Below are positions 1-12,534 of a stretch of 64,000 nt of DNA, in pieces. Within the stretch, counting starts at the first letter, position 1. Each line of letters opens with the position of its first letter. Position numbers and translations under genes: made by a program. Source of the DNA: Octopus vulgaris (Eukaryota). The stretch covers positions 12,772,001 through 12,836,000 of the forward strand of contig OX597838.1 of NCBI GenBank assembly GCA_951406725.2. The letters run 5' to 3'. The notes under the pieces are model-generated. The model was not told the DNA's origin, did not search any database, and was given only the letters and a program-made list of their open reading frames with translations.

Positions 1-27
1 GAAACACCTTAAAATATTAAATTTATT

Positions 28-215
28 TTAATATGAGATAGAACCACCTTTGGCAGTAATTACAGCTTGAATTCTACAAGATATGGACTTGTACAAAGTT
101 TGAATTGTTTCCAAAGGAATTTTTGTCCATTCTTCAGCTAAAACAGTCTCCAGTTCATGTGGTGATGACGATGGAGAATATTGACTCCTTACTTGTTTTT
201 CTAAAATGCACCATA
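28..215 (-). mobile_element. Tc1/mariner transposase C-terminal fragment
   Basis: LWCILEKQVR...LAEEWTKIPLETIQTLYKSISCRIQAVITAKGGSISY* is a typical Tc1 C-terminus. Confidence 0.8.
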
Positions 216-284
216 AATCCACAGACACGTGCTCTTCAACAGCATGACATAGAATATGACAAGGTTGGTCCTTTGAAATGCAAA

Positions 285-590
285 TCATCATCATCATCAT
301 CATCGTTTAGCGTCCGTTTTCCATGCTAGCATGGGTTGGACGGTTCTACTGGGGTCTGTGAAGCCAGAAGGCTTCATCAGGCCCAGTCAAATCTGGCAGT
401 GTTTCTACGGCTGGATGCCCTTCCTAACGCCAACCACTCCGTGAGTGTAGTGGGTGCTTTTTACGTGCCACCCGCACAGGTGCCAGACAGAGCTGGCAAA
501 CGGCCACGAACGGATGGTGCTTTTTATGTGCCACCGGCACGAGGGCCAGGCGAGGCTGGCAACGGACACGAACGGATGGTGCTTTTTACG
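285..590 (-). mobile_element. SINE-like family C ((GAT)n tail, tandem gtggcacgtaaaaagcacc units)
   Basis: Dispersed repeat with further copies near 11309-11690, 13702-13930, 16008-16390, 28998-29140, 35318-35640, 46897-47045, 47772-47932, 49107-49545, 53413-53545, 56245-56730 and 60730-61010. Confidence 0.85.
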
Positions 591-1234
591 TATCAGCTGA
601 GTGGACTGGAGCAACGTGAAATAAAGTGTCTTGCTCAAGGACACAACATGCCACTTGGTATTGAACTCATGACCATATGTTCTTGAACCCACTACCCTAA
701 TCACTAAATCAAGCCACTTGCTAATCAGTTTTAAGGATAAGCCAATAATAGAGCTTGCCCTGTTTGTTTATATTTTGAAAATGTACACATAGGCACAGGG
801 GTAGCTGTGTGGTAAGCAGTTTGTTTCCCAAGGCAGTGAGCTGGCAGAATCGTTAGCACGCCGGACAAAATGCTTAGTGCCATTTCATCTGTTTTTACGT
901 TCTGAGTTCAAATTCCGCCGAGGTCAACTTTGCCTTTCATCCTTTCAGGGTCGTTTAAATAAGTACCAATTATGCACTGGGGCCGATGTAATTGACTTAA
1001 TCCCTTTGTCTGTCCTTGTTTGTCCCCTCTATGTGTAATGAAAAAATAGTTTCACCCTTCCACAGCAAAACCTACACTTTTTCAATTTTTCATATCTTGG
1101 CATCTGAAGCAGCTGGGGATAGGATAATTTGACAAAAAAGAATCGGTTATTGCAATCAAAAATAAATATTGGTAAAAAAAATTTTTCAAAACCCGTGTTT
1201 GGACATACGACAGTTTAACATAATAGCAATGATA

Positions 1235-1290
<56 letters not shown>

Positions 1291-1686
1291 AGTATGGCTG
1301 TGTTAAGAAGTTTGCTTCTCAACCACTTCCTTTTGGATTCAGTCCCACTGCATGGCACCTTGAGCAAGTATTTTCTATAGCCCAGGCCAACCAAACACTT
1401 GAGTGGATCTGGTAGATGAAAACTGTAAGAAGCCTATTGTATATATGTGCATGTATTTGTTATTGTCTCCTTGCCATGACGTGTGATAATCATGAACAAG
1501 TGTCATACAAGCAGTTTTTTCATTTCCAGTGTTCTGTGGAAATATGTCTAGCCATGGAAAATTATTTTACTTGGCAACAGGAAGGGGCATCCTGCTGTTG
1601 GAAATCTGCCCCTACAAGTCCAATCTGATTTTATGCAAACATGTAACAGTGAATGTTGAAATAATTTTATATATATATATATATAT

Positions 1687-1918
1687 AAGGTGGTGATCTG
1701 GCAGAAACGTTAGCACGCCGGGCGAAATGCGTAGCCGTATTTTGTCTGTCGTTACGTTCTGAGTTCAAATTCCACCGAGGTTGACTTTGCCTTTCGTCCT
1801 TTCGGGGTCGATAAATTAAGTACCAGTTGCGCACTGGGGTCGATGTAATCGACTTAATCCCATTATATGTCCTTGTTTGTTCCCTCTGTGTTTAGCCCCT
1901 TGTGGGTAGTAAAGAAAT
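1687..1918 (+). mobile_element. SINE family B (MetaSINE-like central domain)
   Basis: Contains gttgactttgcctttcgtcctttcggggtcgataaattaagtaccag; copies near 830-1030, 21930-22140, 47207-47405, 47474-47615, 47937-48060 and 52725-52856. Confidence 0.8.
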
Positions 1919-2769
1919 ATATAATATATATATATAATCATTTAAACATTATACACACTTAAATTTCAATGTGGTTTGTCTTTGATCCATTCTTTCAGTT
2001 TTTATGAAACCCTAAGATGGTCAGTCTTGATCAACCGTGTCCCCTCATGACCATCCAATTTTTCTTTTTTTTTTTTTTTTCTGCATGAGATGTACATTGT
2101 TCAACATTCCCCATTATCTTTGAAAAACTAAGGTACAGTATTTGAGGGAGACTTGATGGCTATTTCCAGTTAGAGTGATAAAGCCCTCTCCTGCTCTTAT
2201 TGGCTTTGGTTAAATGCTGCATTTTCCCTAAATATTGTTTGTATTGTTCATTAATTTATTTATTAATCTATACATAATTAATCTTCAGTTTCACAATTTA
2301 GCAGCCATTGTTCTCTTACAGCAAGGATGAGTCTGGAACAAGCATTTCTATGATAAATGTTTTTTGTTATTTAACCTTATGCCAGCCCTGATCAAGCAGT
2401 CGACCAGTGATCAAAAGTTTTCCAACCATGACCTTTCCATCTTTATGTTTGTATCCTGGATTACATCTAATGGGTCTGTTTTTAAAACTGTAGGATGTGA
2501 TTTAACCTTTTTGATAACATATTTCTATTAAAATTCACTGCCTTTTGTTTCAGTTAATTTTACCGTTTACTTGTTTGTCGTTAGACTGTGGCCATGCTGG
2601 ATCACAACCATGAAAAGATTTTAGTCCAACAAATCAACCCCAGTAATTTTTTTTTTGAGCCAGGTACTTACACGAGTCTCTTTTGCTGAATTGCTAAGTT
2701 ACAGAGACATAAATAAACCAACACCAGTTATCAAGCAGTGGTAGGGAGCAAACACACACACACACATAT

Positions 2770-2938
2770 GGTGCAGGAGTGGCTGTGTGGTAAGTAGCTT
2801 GCTTAACAACCACATGGTTCCGGGTTCAGTCCCACTGCATGGCACCTTGGGCAAGTGTCTTCTACTATATCCCCGGGCCGACCAAAGCCTTGTGAGTGGA
2901 TTTGGTAGATGGAAACTGAAAGAAGCTCGTCATATATA

Positions 2939-2998
<60 letters not shown>

Positions 2999-3210
2999 CG
3001 TGTATGTTTCTGTGTCTGTGTTTGTCCCCCTAGCATTGCTTGACAACTGATGCTGGTGTGTTTATGTCCCCGTCACTTAGCAGTTCGGCAAAAGAGACCG
3101 ATAGAATAAGTACTGGGCTTACAAAGAATATCCCGGGGTCAATTTGCTCGACTAAAGGCAATGCTCTAGCATGGCCGCAGTCAAATGACTGAAACAAGTA
3201 AAAGAGTAAA
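2770..3210 (+). mobile_element. tRNA-derived SINE family A (CORE-like), full length
   Basis: A-box tggctgtgtgg, B-box ggttcagtccc, ccttgggcaagtg motif, internal (TA)n(TG)n, aagagta tail. Confidence 0.88.
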
Positions 3211-3703
3211 GATATATATGGTGTGCTTTCAGTTTCTGTCTACCAAATCCATTCACAAGGCTTTGGTCAGCCTAAGGCTGTTGTAGAGGACACTTTCCCA
3301 AGGTGCCATGCAGTAGAACTGAATTGGAAACATGGTTGGGAAACTTCTTACCACACAGCTATGCCTGTGCCTAAAAAATGACCAGCCTCAGTTGAGTTTT
3401 GAAACTTATTGAATTCTCGTCAGATATCTACATCTACATTCTAAATTCTTTATTATTGACTGGTCAGTTAATAACAAAGAATTTAGTAGAATAACTTTGT
3501 TCTTAAACTGGTGTTTTTAACATGAAATTTTGATGGATGGTTTTAATTTAGATCACTATAAAACAGAGTTTGAATCTTCGAACCAGTGGTGGTCTCAGAT
3601 GGGTCATGTCAAATATTCTACCCGATTTATGTTCCGACTGGTCAAAGCCGGTGTCCCCTACCTGCCCTACAATTTCTAATTGTCTCCCTTTTGTTTCTTT
3701 CAG

Positions 3704-3730
3704 AATATCGCCGAGTATGTCATCTTAGTG
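3704..3730 (+). other. Candidate 27-nt microexon of an unidentified plus-strand gene
   Basis: Branch-like ttctaat, long pyrimidine tract, ttcag|27 nt|gtgagt; open in phase 0 (NIAEYVILV) and phase 1 (YRRVCHLS). Confidence 0.55.
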
Positions 3731-4074
3731 GTGAGTGCTGTTATTTATCTTTTAAGCTTTTTCTGAATTGTTCTTCGTGTGTGTGTATGTGTGTGTGTGC
3801 ACTTAAGTGCAATGAATGTGTTGCGTATGTCTATACATGTATGTCTTGCTATTTGCATATAACTTTTGATAGTCACAGAGGTACCATCGTAGCACACAGC
3901 ATGTCTTGGGCATTCAGAGCTGGCAGAGGTCATCCAACTTTGTTTAACCACAGCCAGTTTCTTTTGCAGAGAGGCAGAGAGATGCGGATTTATTATATCA
4001 GGGAGGTGCATGTAACTGGAGTACTCGACCACTTACAAATCAATTCAGTGGCAGGGAATTCTGTTGATTGTATG

Positions 4075-4365
4075 TTGTTGTTTGTTCCTTCTCGAGCCAT
4101 GCCTGGCTCATAAGGGCCAGTTTCCCAGTTTCTTGGCGTATATGTTCCCCACCTGGACGGGATGCCGGTCCGTCGCAGATGAGCTGCAAGATGCAGGAGG
4201 AAAGAGTGAGAAAAAGTTGAGTCAGCAGAAGTTCGCCATTACATTCTGCCGGAGCCGCATGGAGCTTAGGTGTTTTCACTCATAAACACACACATCACCC
4301 GGTCTGAGATTCGATCCCTCGACCACGAGTCTGCTGCTCTAACCACTAGGCCATGTGCCTCCACA
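4075..4365 (-). mobile_element. tRNA-derived SINE family D
   Basis: Head ggaggcacatggcctagtggttagagcagcagact; related heads at 45320-45630 (minus) and 10785-11035 (plus). Confidence 0.7.
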
Positions 4366-4733
4366 TGTTGATTGTATAACTGAATCCCTGATGAGTGACA
4401 GAGATCCTCTGTTCTCTCCATACTCCCAACCATTCTCCTTATTGGACTAAACATCTTGGATTACTGTATGTTCTATATAAATCTACTGTGTACAGGGCAC
4501 CTGTTCTTCTGTGCCGGTGTCGCAAGAGAATCTCCACTTCCTTCCTCACCCCAACCATACCAACTACATTCTCTCTACACTGTTTAGTAAGCAAGATAAC
4601 TTCTGTAGTGTTGGCTCCAGAGAGTAGATGACTCTGGCTGTAGTATGACCTGTCCAACCCGTGCTTGCATAAAACATGGATATAAAATGATTTGTGTACA
4701 CACACACTTTCATAATGTTAACACTTAAATTCA

Positions 4734-5136
4734 AGGCACAGGAGTGGCTGTGTGGTAAGTAGCTTGTTTACCAACCACATGGTTCCGGGTTCAGTCCCAC
4801 TGCGTGGCACCTTGGGCAAGTGTCTTCTACTATAGCCTCAAGCCGACCAAAGCCTTGTGAGTGGATTTGGTAGACGGAAACTGAAAGAAGCCCGTCGTAT
4901 ATATGTGTATATATATATGAGTGTGTGTGTTTGTGTGTCTGTGTTTGTCCCCCTAGCATTACTTGACAACCGATGCTTGTGTGTTTATGTCCCCGTTACT
5001 TAGCGGTTCGGCAAAAGATACCGATAGAATAAGTACTGGGCTTACAAAAGAATAAGTCCCAGGGTCGAGTTGCTCAATTAAAGGCGGTGCTCCAGCATGG
5101 CCGCAGTCAAATGACTGAAACAAGTAAAAGAGTAAA
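4734..5136 (+). mobile_element. SINE family A, full length
   Basis: Near-identical to 2770-3210. Confidence 0.88.
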
Positions 5137-5644
5137 TTAAAGCAGGGTATGTGTATGTATGTATGCATGTTTGTATTATGTACTGTCAAGCACTAATGAA
5201 ATTGTGTGTGTGAGTGTACAAGTGTTTTCGTGACCCAGACATCTGAGTGGTAATCCAATCTAGAGTATGTTTGCACTTTGTCTCTCAAGTATCAAGTCAT
5301 GAAACAGCTACGTTTGCCCGCCCAGTCTTTGTACTGCAGTCTGGGCTACAGAGAATAAGCATGATTAATATTTATGAGGCGTGGGCGTGGCTGTGTTAAA
5401 AAAAATTTGCTTCTCATCCGCAGGGTCTTTAGTTCAATCCCACTGTGAAGCACCTTGGTTTAAGTGCTTTCTACCACAGCCTTGGGTTAACCAAAGCCTT
5501 GCGAGTGGAATTGGTAGACAGAAACTAAAAGAAGCCCATCATTGTGTGTGTTTTACTGTCTCCTTGCTTTGACTACATTGACAAATGTAGCATATTGAAG
5601 ACTTCGTCCATGGGCGTGCACACACTGCGTACCTATCTATCTAT

Positions 5645-5685
<41 letters not shown>

Positions 5686-6066
5686 CTAGCAGTATCGCCC
5701 GGCGTTGCTCAGGTTTGTAAGGGAAATAACTATAAAGCATTTTTAGAGAGTTATAGCCAAAAAATAGCAAAAAGATGGAAAAAAATGATGGTAAATTTTT
5801 TTTTAGTTAAAAAAGGTGGAGTTGCGTCCCCTAGACAGTTTGCGGTTTGTGTTTCTGATTCTCGACCCCATGTCGAATTTATCGATTTTTTTTTTCAGAA
5901 CTGGGGGAAGTTTTCAAAATTTTCGCTGCGTTAGTTTTGAATTATGACATTGGGCTATGTGTGTGTCAAGTTTCATCAGAATCGGTTGAAAGCCGTGGTC
6001 AGGGTGAGGGTACAAGAAAACAGACACACAGAAACACGCACAGACAAACTGCCGTTTATATAGAGA
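5686..6066 (-). mobile_element. Non-autonomous Helitron
   Basis: 5' TC (a|TCTCTATATAAACGG), 3' CTAG|t, subterminal GC-rich hairpin (cctgagcaacgccggg), inserted between A and T within (TA)n. Confidence 0.8.
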
Positions 6067-6344
6067 TATATATATATATATAAAGTGGTAGCACAGACTT
6101 ATAAAAAATCTTTTTATTTTTTTAATAAATGGTGTCATCCAAACAATATCCTTTATTTCCAATCTTCTGTGAAAACATGTCCGGTCATAGAAAATATTAC
6201 CTTATTTGGAAACAAGTTGGGAACATAAAGTTGTAAAAATAAAATACACCTCTATGAATTCTTTCTGACTCGTTCAGTCATGGAACAGTGGACATTAACA
6301 CAATGACAATGCATTAAGTTCAGATCTTGTGTAACAAGGCTGGA

Positions 6345-6540
6345 CCTTTCAATTATTGATACAGATCCGTGGAATAAGCTGCCGGACAAGATAGTGAAGA
6401 TGCCGACGACCGCTCGGTTCAAAGTCTCTCTTGACCAGAAATGGCCTGAACTCTTTGCATGAACACCCTCCCTGTACATAACTCCATGTCCCCCTACATG
6501 GCCTTGCTTTTCACTTTTTGAGCCAAAAAATCAACTTAAC
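6345..6540 (+). mobile_element. CR1/L2-group LINE 3' fragment
   Basis: PWNKLPDKIVKMPTTARFKVSLDQKW* matches the WNxLP...FKxxLD end of ORF2. Confidence 0.75.
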
Positions 6541-7194
6541 TAAAGATCATCCAACAGGCATCCACAGAGTTTTGGACAACCCAGTTTTAGCTTGAGGCTT
6601 GAGTTGACCCAAGACTATGGTAAAAGGCGTTGCATGGTGGGACCAAATCCAGGACATCATAAATGGGGAGTGAATTTCTTGACCCTCAGACCTGTGTATG
6701 TCATCATCATTATTGAATATCTGTTTTCCGTGATGGCATCAATCAGCCAGTTTGACTGCATCATTTTCCAGTGTCTTCTTTGGCATGTTTCTACTGTTGG
6801 ATGCCCTTCCTAACATCAACCACTTTACAATGTGTGCTTGGTACTTCTATGTACCACTGGCACTATTGCAAGTCAAGAAACCCAGGGGAGGATGTTGCAT
6901 CTATATGTTAGATGGGAGTTAAGGTAAAGTCAACAAACTGGTATGTGTGTACACACCACAGGCTTCTTTCAATTTCTGTCTACCAAATCCACTTACAAGG
7001 CTTTGGCTGACCTGGGATTATAATAGAAGACACTTTGCCCATGTGCTACTCAGTCACTGAAATCAAAACCATATAGTTTTGTAGCAAACTTTTTACCACT
7101 GAGCCCTGCCTGCACCTAGTGTTTCAAAACACACAGTCCTAAAACCAGTAGGATCCTCCTTATGTATTTTGAAGCATAAATTATTTCTGTAAAG

Positions 7195-7392
7195 CAGTGG
7201 TTCCCAAGCTATGAGTCGCGACCCACAGATGGGTCACAAACGGAATCTTAGTGGGTCACAAAAAGTTATAAAATTACGCATTGGCTTTGATTAACTGCTG
7301 TCTATTGAGATAGTTCAGTAGAGTTAAGTGGGTCGTCATAAACTGGTGTGATAAATAGTGGGTCGCGACTCTAAAAAGTTTGGGAACCACTG
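7195..7392. mobile_element. hAT (Charlie-like) MITE
   Basis: TIR cagtggttcccaa/ttgggaaccactg; exact 8-bp TSD ctgtaaag at 7187-7194 and 7393-7400. Confidence 0.92.
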
Positions 7393-7552
7393 CTGTAAAG
7401 GGTGGAAATGTTAAGATTGTGTAAATGATTCCCTTTCTTCTTTACTTTTGTCACCCACTTTCTCTCACTTGTTGTTGTTAAGCCCTGGGTCATAACTGAC
7501 TGAGCAAGATCTTGGATCAAAGGTATTACAGCCGTTACCATCCCAGTCTTGT

Positions 7553-7589
<37 letters not shown>

Positions 7590-7768
7590 TGAAATGGATA
7601 AATGAATTATCTTGCTACGGATTATTCAAAATTTAACCGATACCTGGGTAGCAAAAATCACAACAGGAAAAACACGGTTGAAGTTACGACCATGGGGTAG
7701 AAACATGTGTAGAAAATAATAAAAGGAATTCTGTAGAATCTTCGTTCAGCTCCATTTCTTCCCTTCAC

Positions 7769-7799
<31 letters not shown>

Positions 7800-8817
7800 G
7801 GGACCACATTGTTAAATGTATCTTTCTTTGTACTTTTAAAACTAGGAAACATGGTTTTGAGCGAGTCTTTTTGCTTTTTGTCTTTTCTTCAACTGTTGTT
7901 TCTAGCAAGTTAAGCAACTCTATAGAGGATCTCACATTGGCTCACAACTAATGACTACATAGTTGTTGACTCCCCCTATTAATGGTGACCTACCAATTAT
8001 TGGCATCTATTGAAGCACTCACATAAGCAATTTGTCACACTTTCACAGCTGTCACTCTTCTCTTGTTATTACCATTATTGTTATGTAAGTGAAGTTGACA
8101 AACTGGTCTATCAATGGAAAGCTAGCTGCTTGCTTTACTGTGTGATTTAGCAAATACTTTTCCAGACACACCCTGGATGCTTTGTCAAACTGACAGCTTT
8201 CACTATCACCTCGAACTTTTGAACGAGCTACTCTGCTAGCTTGCTAGAAACAGCAGCTATGTCTACCTCAAGTTATATCCATTGCATTTATGTCTTCAGT
8301 AAAGAACACGTGAGTTAGTCCTAACAGACCTTTTTTAAAGTGACAGAATGGTTACTTCCGGAATCCCCTTTTGATCATAGGGCTGATCTCGCCCCCAAAA
8401 AAAGCACCAAGTGTGTTTGTGGTCACTGACACCTTCAAAATTACAAGCAATTTTCAGCTTTTTTTTTTTTTTTTTTTTTTTCATTTTTGATATCTTTATC
8501 ACTACATCTCTCTCTGCAAAAAAAAAAAAGAGAGAAAAAGGTTCTCGAAAGTAAATGTAAAGCAAACTGAAGTTGTAGCTTATTGAATGAGTAGGGGGGG
8601 AGGGTTCTTCATGAGAAATAGAATATTTCTGTTTGAACGACTGGTACTTAATGCCTGCCCACACTGTTAAGTTATACGTCTTTTACAAATCACTTCAACA
8701 AAACTGCTTTTGTATAAGTGTGCACATGCTTGCGGGGGTGATAATGTGTGTGTGTGTGTGTATATATATATATTTTACTTTTATACACATATCTTCAATT
8801 CTTGCTCATGCGATCAG

Positions 8818-8840
8818 TATATCGAGCCTGGGGAATACTC
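8818..8840 (+). other. Candidate 23-nt microexon
   Basis: cttgctcatgcgatcag|tatatcgagcctggggaatactc|gtaagg. Confidence 0.35.
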
Positions 8841-9283
8841 GTAAGGAAATGTTTTTGTATGTTGCTTTCATAACTCTTTCTTCACCACCACCTCCACCCC
8901 TGCTATGTAATGTATCTTTTACTTGCTTGGACTGTGGCCATGCTGGAACACTGCCTTGAAGTACTTTAGTTGAATAAATTGACCCCGGTGCCTACATTTA
9001 GTTCCCCTTTGCCTAACAACTGTTACAGAGAAGTAATCTAACCAACAAGAAGTGGTGAGGACACACACACACACACACACAATATGGGCTTCTTTCAGAT
9101 CCCATCTACCAAATTCACTCGGAAGGCTTTGGCTGATCCACAGAGTAGAAGACACTTGCTACACAGTGAGACTGAACCCAAAACCACATGGATGCAAAGC
9201 AAGCTTCTTAACCAACCAACCAGCCATACCATGCCCAAATTTTCTTTTTAGCAGAAATGTCCATTCTTTTTATTGATTGCTAC

Positions 9284-9456
9284 CAGGCACAGGAGTGGCT
9301 GTGTGGTAAGTAGCTTGTTTACCAACCACATGGTTCCGGGTTCAGTCCCACTGCGTGGTACCTTGGGCAAGTGTCTTCTACTATAGCCTCGGGCTGACCA
9401 AAGCCTTGTGAGTGGATTTGGTAGACGGAAACTGAAAGAAGCCCGTCGTATGTATG

Positions 9457-9496
<40 letters not shown>

Positions 9497-9696
9497 TGTG
9501 TGTGTTTGTCCCCCTAGCATTGCTTGACAACTGATGCTGGTGTGTTTATGTCCCCGTTACTTAGCGGTTCGGCAAAAGAGACCGATAGAATAAGTACTGG
9601 GCTTACAAAAGAATAAGTCCCGGGGTTGAGTTGCTCGATTAAAGGCGGTGCTCCAGCATGGCCGCAGTCAAATGACTAAAACAAGTGAAAGAGTAA
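9284..9696 (+). mobile_element. SINE family A, full length
   Basis: Near-identical to other family A copies. Confidence 0.88.
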
Positions 9697-10142
9697 ACCA
9701 AGTATGTAACAGTGCACATTAAGATGATGATGATGATGATGATGATACTCTATGCTCTATTAACGAACCAGTAGCAATTAAAAAAAAAACCCTACTACCA
9801 CCCCTGTCGCCACCACACTTTCACTGGTTTGTGGAATGTTCTGGATATAATATATTATTACTCTTCTAAATTGGGTCGTTATTTTAGTCTGCCTTTCAAC
9901 AACCTACTAAGTTGCTTTGACCTTTCTGTGGTATCACTGACAATGACTTCTGTTGTGTGTGTGTGTGTGTGTGTGTGTGTCTCAGTTATGTATTTGTTTT
10001 TGTGTAGGTTCACTGCATTTTTTTTTTGCTTCCATTTCAAATTTAATGGGAAGTCCCTCCTTTTTTGTTTGTTTTTTTTTGTCCTCGCTAAGCAACTACC
10101 ATCCATACTGTAAGACTTCTGTAGCTAAAGGTCCTATGTATT

Positions 10143-10560
10143 CTATTTCTTTACTACCCACAAGGGGCTAAAAACACAGAGAGGACAAACAAGGGACAGA
10201 CAAACGGATTAAGTCGTTTATATCGACCCCAGTGTGTAACTGGTACTTATTTTAATCGACCCCGAAAGGATGAAAGGCAAAGTCGACCTCGGCGGAATTT
10301 GAACTCAGAACGTGACGGCAGATGAAATACCTATTTCTTTACTACCCACAAGGGGCTAAACACAGAGGGGACAAACAAGGACAGACAAACGGATTAAGTC
10401 GATTATATCAACCCCAGTGCGTAACTGGTACTTATTTAATCGACCCCGAAAGGATGAAAGGCAAAGTTGACCTCGGCGGAATTTGAACTCAGAATGTAGC
10501 GACAGACGAAATACGGCTACGCATTTCGCCCGGCATGCTAACGATTCTGCCAGCTCGCCG
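10143..10560 (-). mobile_element. SINE family B, tandem dimer
   Basis: Two head-to-tail copies of the family B body. Confidence 0.8.
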
Positions 10561-12127
10561 CCCTAAAGGTCCTATGTATTCATCACCCCACCAAGGTGCA
10601 GGCGTGGCTGTGTGGTTAAGAAGTTTGCATCCCAGCTGCATATTTTCAGGTTCAGTCCCACTCCGTGCTACCTTGGAGAAGTGGATAGTTTTAATCAATT
10701 TTCCTGAAACTGCTTTGTGTGATGTCAGGATTATGCCTGCTTCAGTGTATCATTTCCAGTTATACTAATTTATATGTAAAAAGTACGTGGCCTAGTGGTT
10801 AGGCTGTTGCACTCATGATTGCAAGATTGTGGGTTCGATTCCCTGGCTGGGTGCCACGTTGTCTTCTTGGGCAAAACACTTCATTTCATATTGCTCCAGT
10901 CCCCCTTCAATCAGTGGGGCCTGCTCACCTAGCCAGCAGGCTAGTGTCATTTGAAGGCTAAAACAATGCAAAAGTGCATTGTGACCAGCAGTGTGTAACA
11001 ACATCTGATAGCCTGGTCAGTCACATGATCACATGACAAATTTATATGGGGATTGGCTCTCCAATTGAATGTTCACCATCTTTGATAGGGTTCCCATACA
11101 GAGCCAATGATGGAATATACAAACTCTCAGCCCTTTACCTGTTACATTAGATCCTCTTCAACACAATACAAAAGTTTTATTTTGTTAAATCTCAGGAGGG
11201 TCATTATGCCAATGATAAACAGATGCTGGTTTTATTTCACTTCATTATTTCTCAGTTGGTTAACTATTTAACCAGGTAACTAATCAATTTGATTAATCAT
11301 TTGGTTAATCATCATCATCAGTTAGCGTCCACTTTCCATGCTAGCATGGGTTGGACGGTTCAACTGGGGTCTGGGAAGCCAGAAGGCTGCACCAGGCCCA
11401 GTTTGATCTACGGCTGGATGCCCTTCCTAATGCCAACCACTCTGAGAGTGTAGTGGGTGCTTTTCACGTGCCACCGGCACAGGTGCCAGACGAGGCTGGC
11501 AAACGGCCACGATCGGATGGTGCTTTTTACGTGCCACCGGCATGGAGGCCCGTCGGGGCGGTGCTGGCAACGGCCACGTTTGGATGGTTCGCTTACGTGC
11601 CACCGGCACTGGTATCACTGCTACAATTTCCATTGATGTTGATCGATTTCGATTTTGATTCTCACTTGCCTCAACAGGTCTTCACAAGTAGAGTTTTGTG
11701 TCCCAAGACGGAAAATCAGATATATTTGTCTAAGCTTTTCCATTGCCATTTGCTACTTCTTGAATGCCATGCCTCTCTGCTCGGGGTCATCTTCAGGTCT
11801 CTCTGTCTCTTAGTTTTGTTTTTTTTCTTTTGTGAGGGGCTGTCTGTATTTATGTAGTTGTATAGGTGAGGAAGTAATGTGAGTGTGGTGGATAACAATA
11901 AAGAAGGCTGATGGAAGGGGTTAGGGCTCATACCAGTATTGTCATAGGGAAGAGAGTGTTAGTAGGGACCTCACTTGTTACATGTGTGTGGCAGCTTTCC
12001 ATGCATATTTTCCATCTACCGTATTTCACACCAAGCATTGGTCGTTTTGTCAAGGCCCAAGCTACCCTGCAGGGTGATTGAACCTGGAGGCCACATGGTT
12101 GCAAAGCAAGCTTCTTAATTAATCATG

Positions 12128-12534
12128 CCAGGAGTGGCTGTGTGGTAAGTAGCTTGCTAACCAACCACATGGTTCCGGGTTCAGTCCCACTGCGTGGCAT
12201 CTTGGGCAAGTGTCTTCTGCTATAGCCCCGGGCCTACCAATGCCTTGTGAGTGGATTTGGTAGACGGAAACTGAAAGAAGCCTGTTGTATATATGTATAT
12301 ATATATATAAGTGTGTGTGTATATGTTTGTGTGTCAGTGTTTGTCCCCCTAGCATTGCTTGACAACTGATGCTGGTGTGTTTACGTCCCCGTAACTTAGC
12401 GGTTCGGCAAGAGAGACCGATAGAATAAGTACTGGGCTTACAAAGAATAAGTCCTGGGGTCGATTTGCTCGACTAAAGGCGGTGCTCCAGCATGGCCGCA
12501 GTCAAATTACTGAAACAAGTAAAAGAGTAAAGAG
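12128..12534 (+). mobile_element. SINE family A, full length
   Basis: Near-identical to other family A copies. Confidence 0.88.

Noticed and set aside
336-686. Recurrent ORFs such as MDGSTGV...[10 protein letters not shown] and MLGGQTQT...GLNPEPCG
   Set aside because: Translations of multicopy SINEs with variable frames
2770-2850. tRNA genes at SINE heads
   Set aside because: A and B boxes are present but there is no complete cloverleaf, and they continue into SINE bodies
3380-3428. CUGACGA hammerhead-like start on the minus strand
   Set aside because: AAAA replaces GAAA, there is no UH triplet, and the stems are weak
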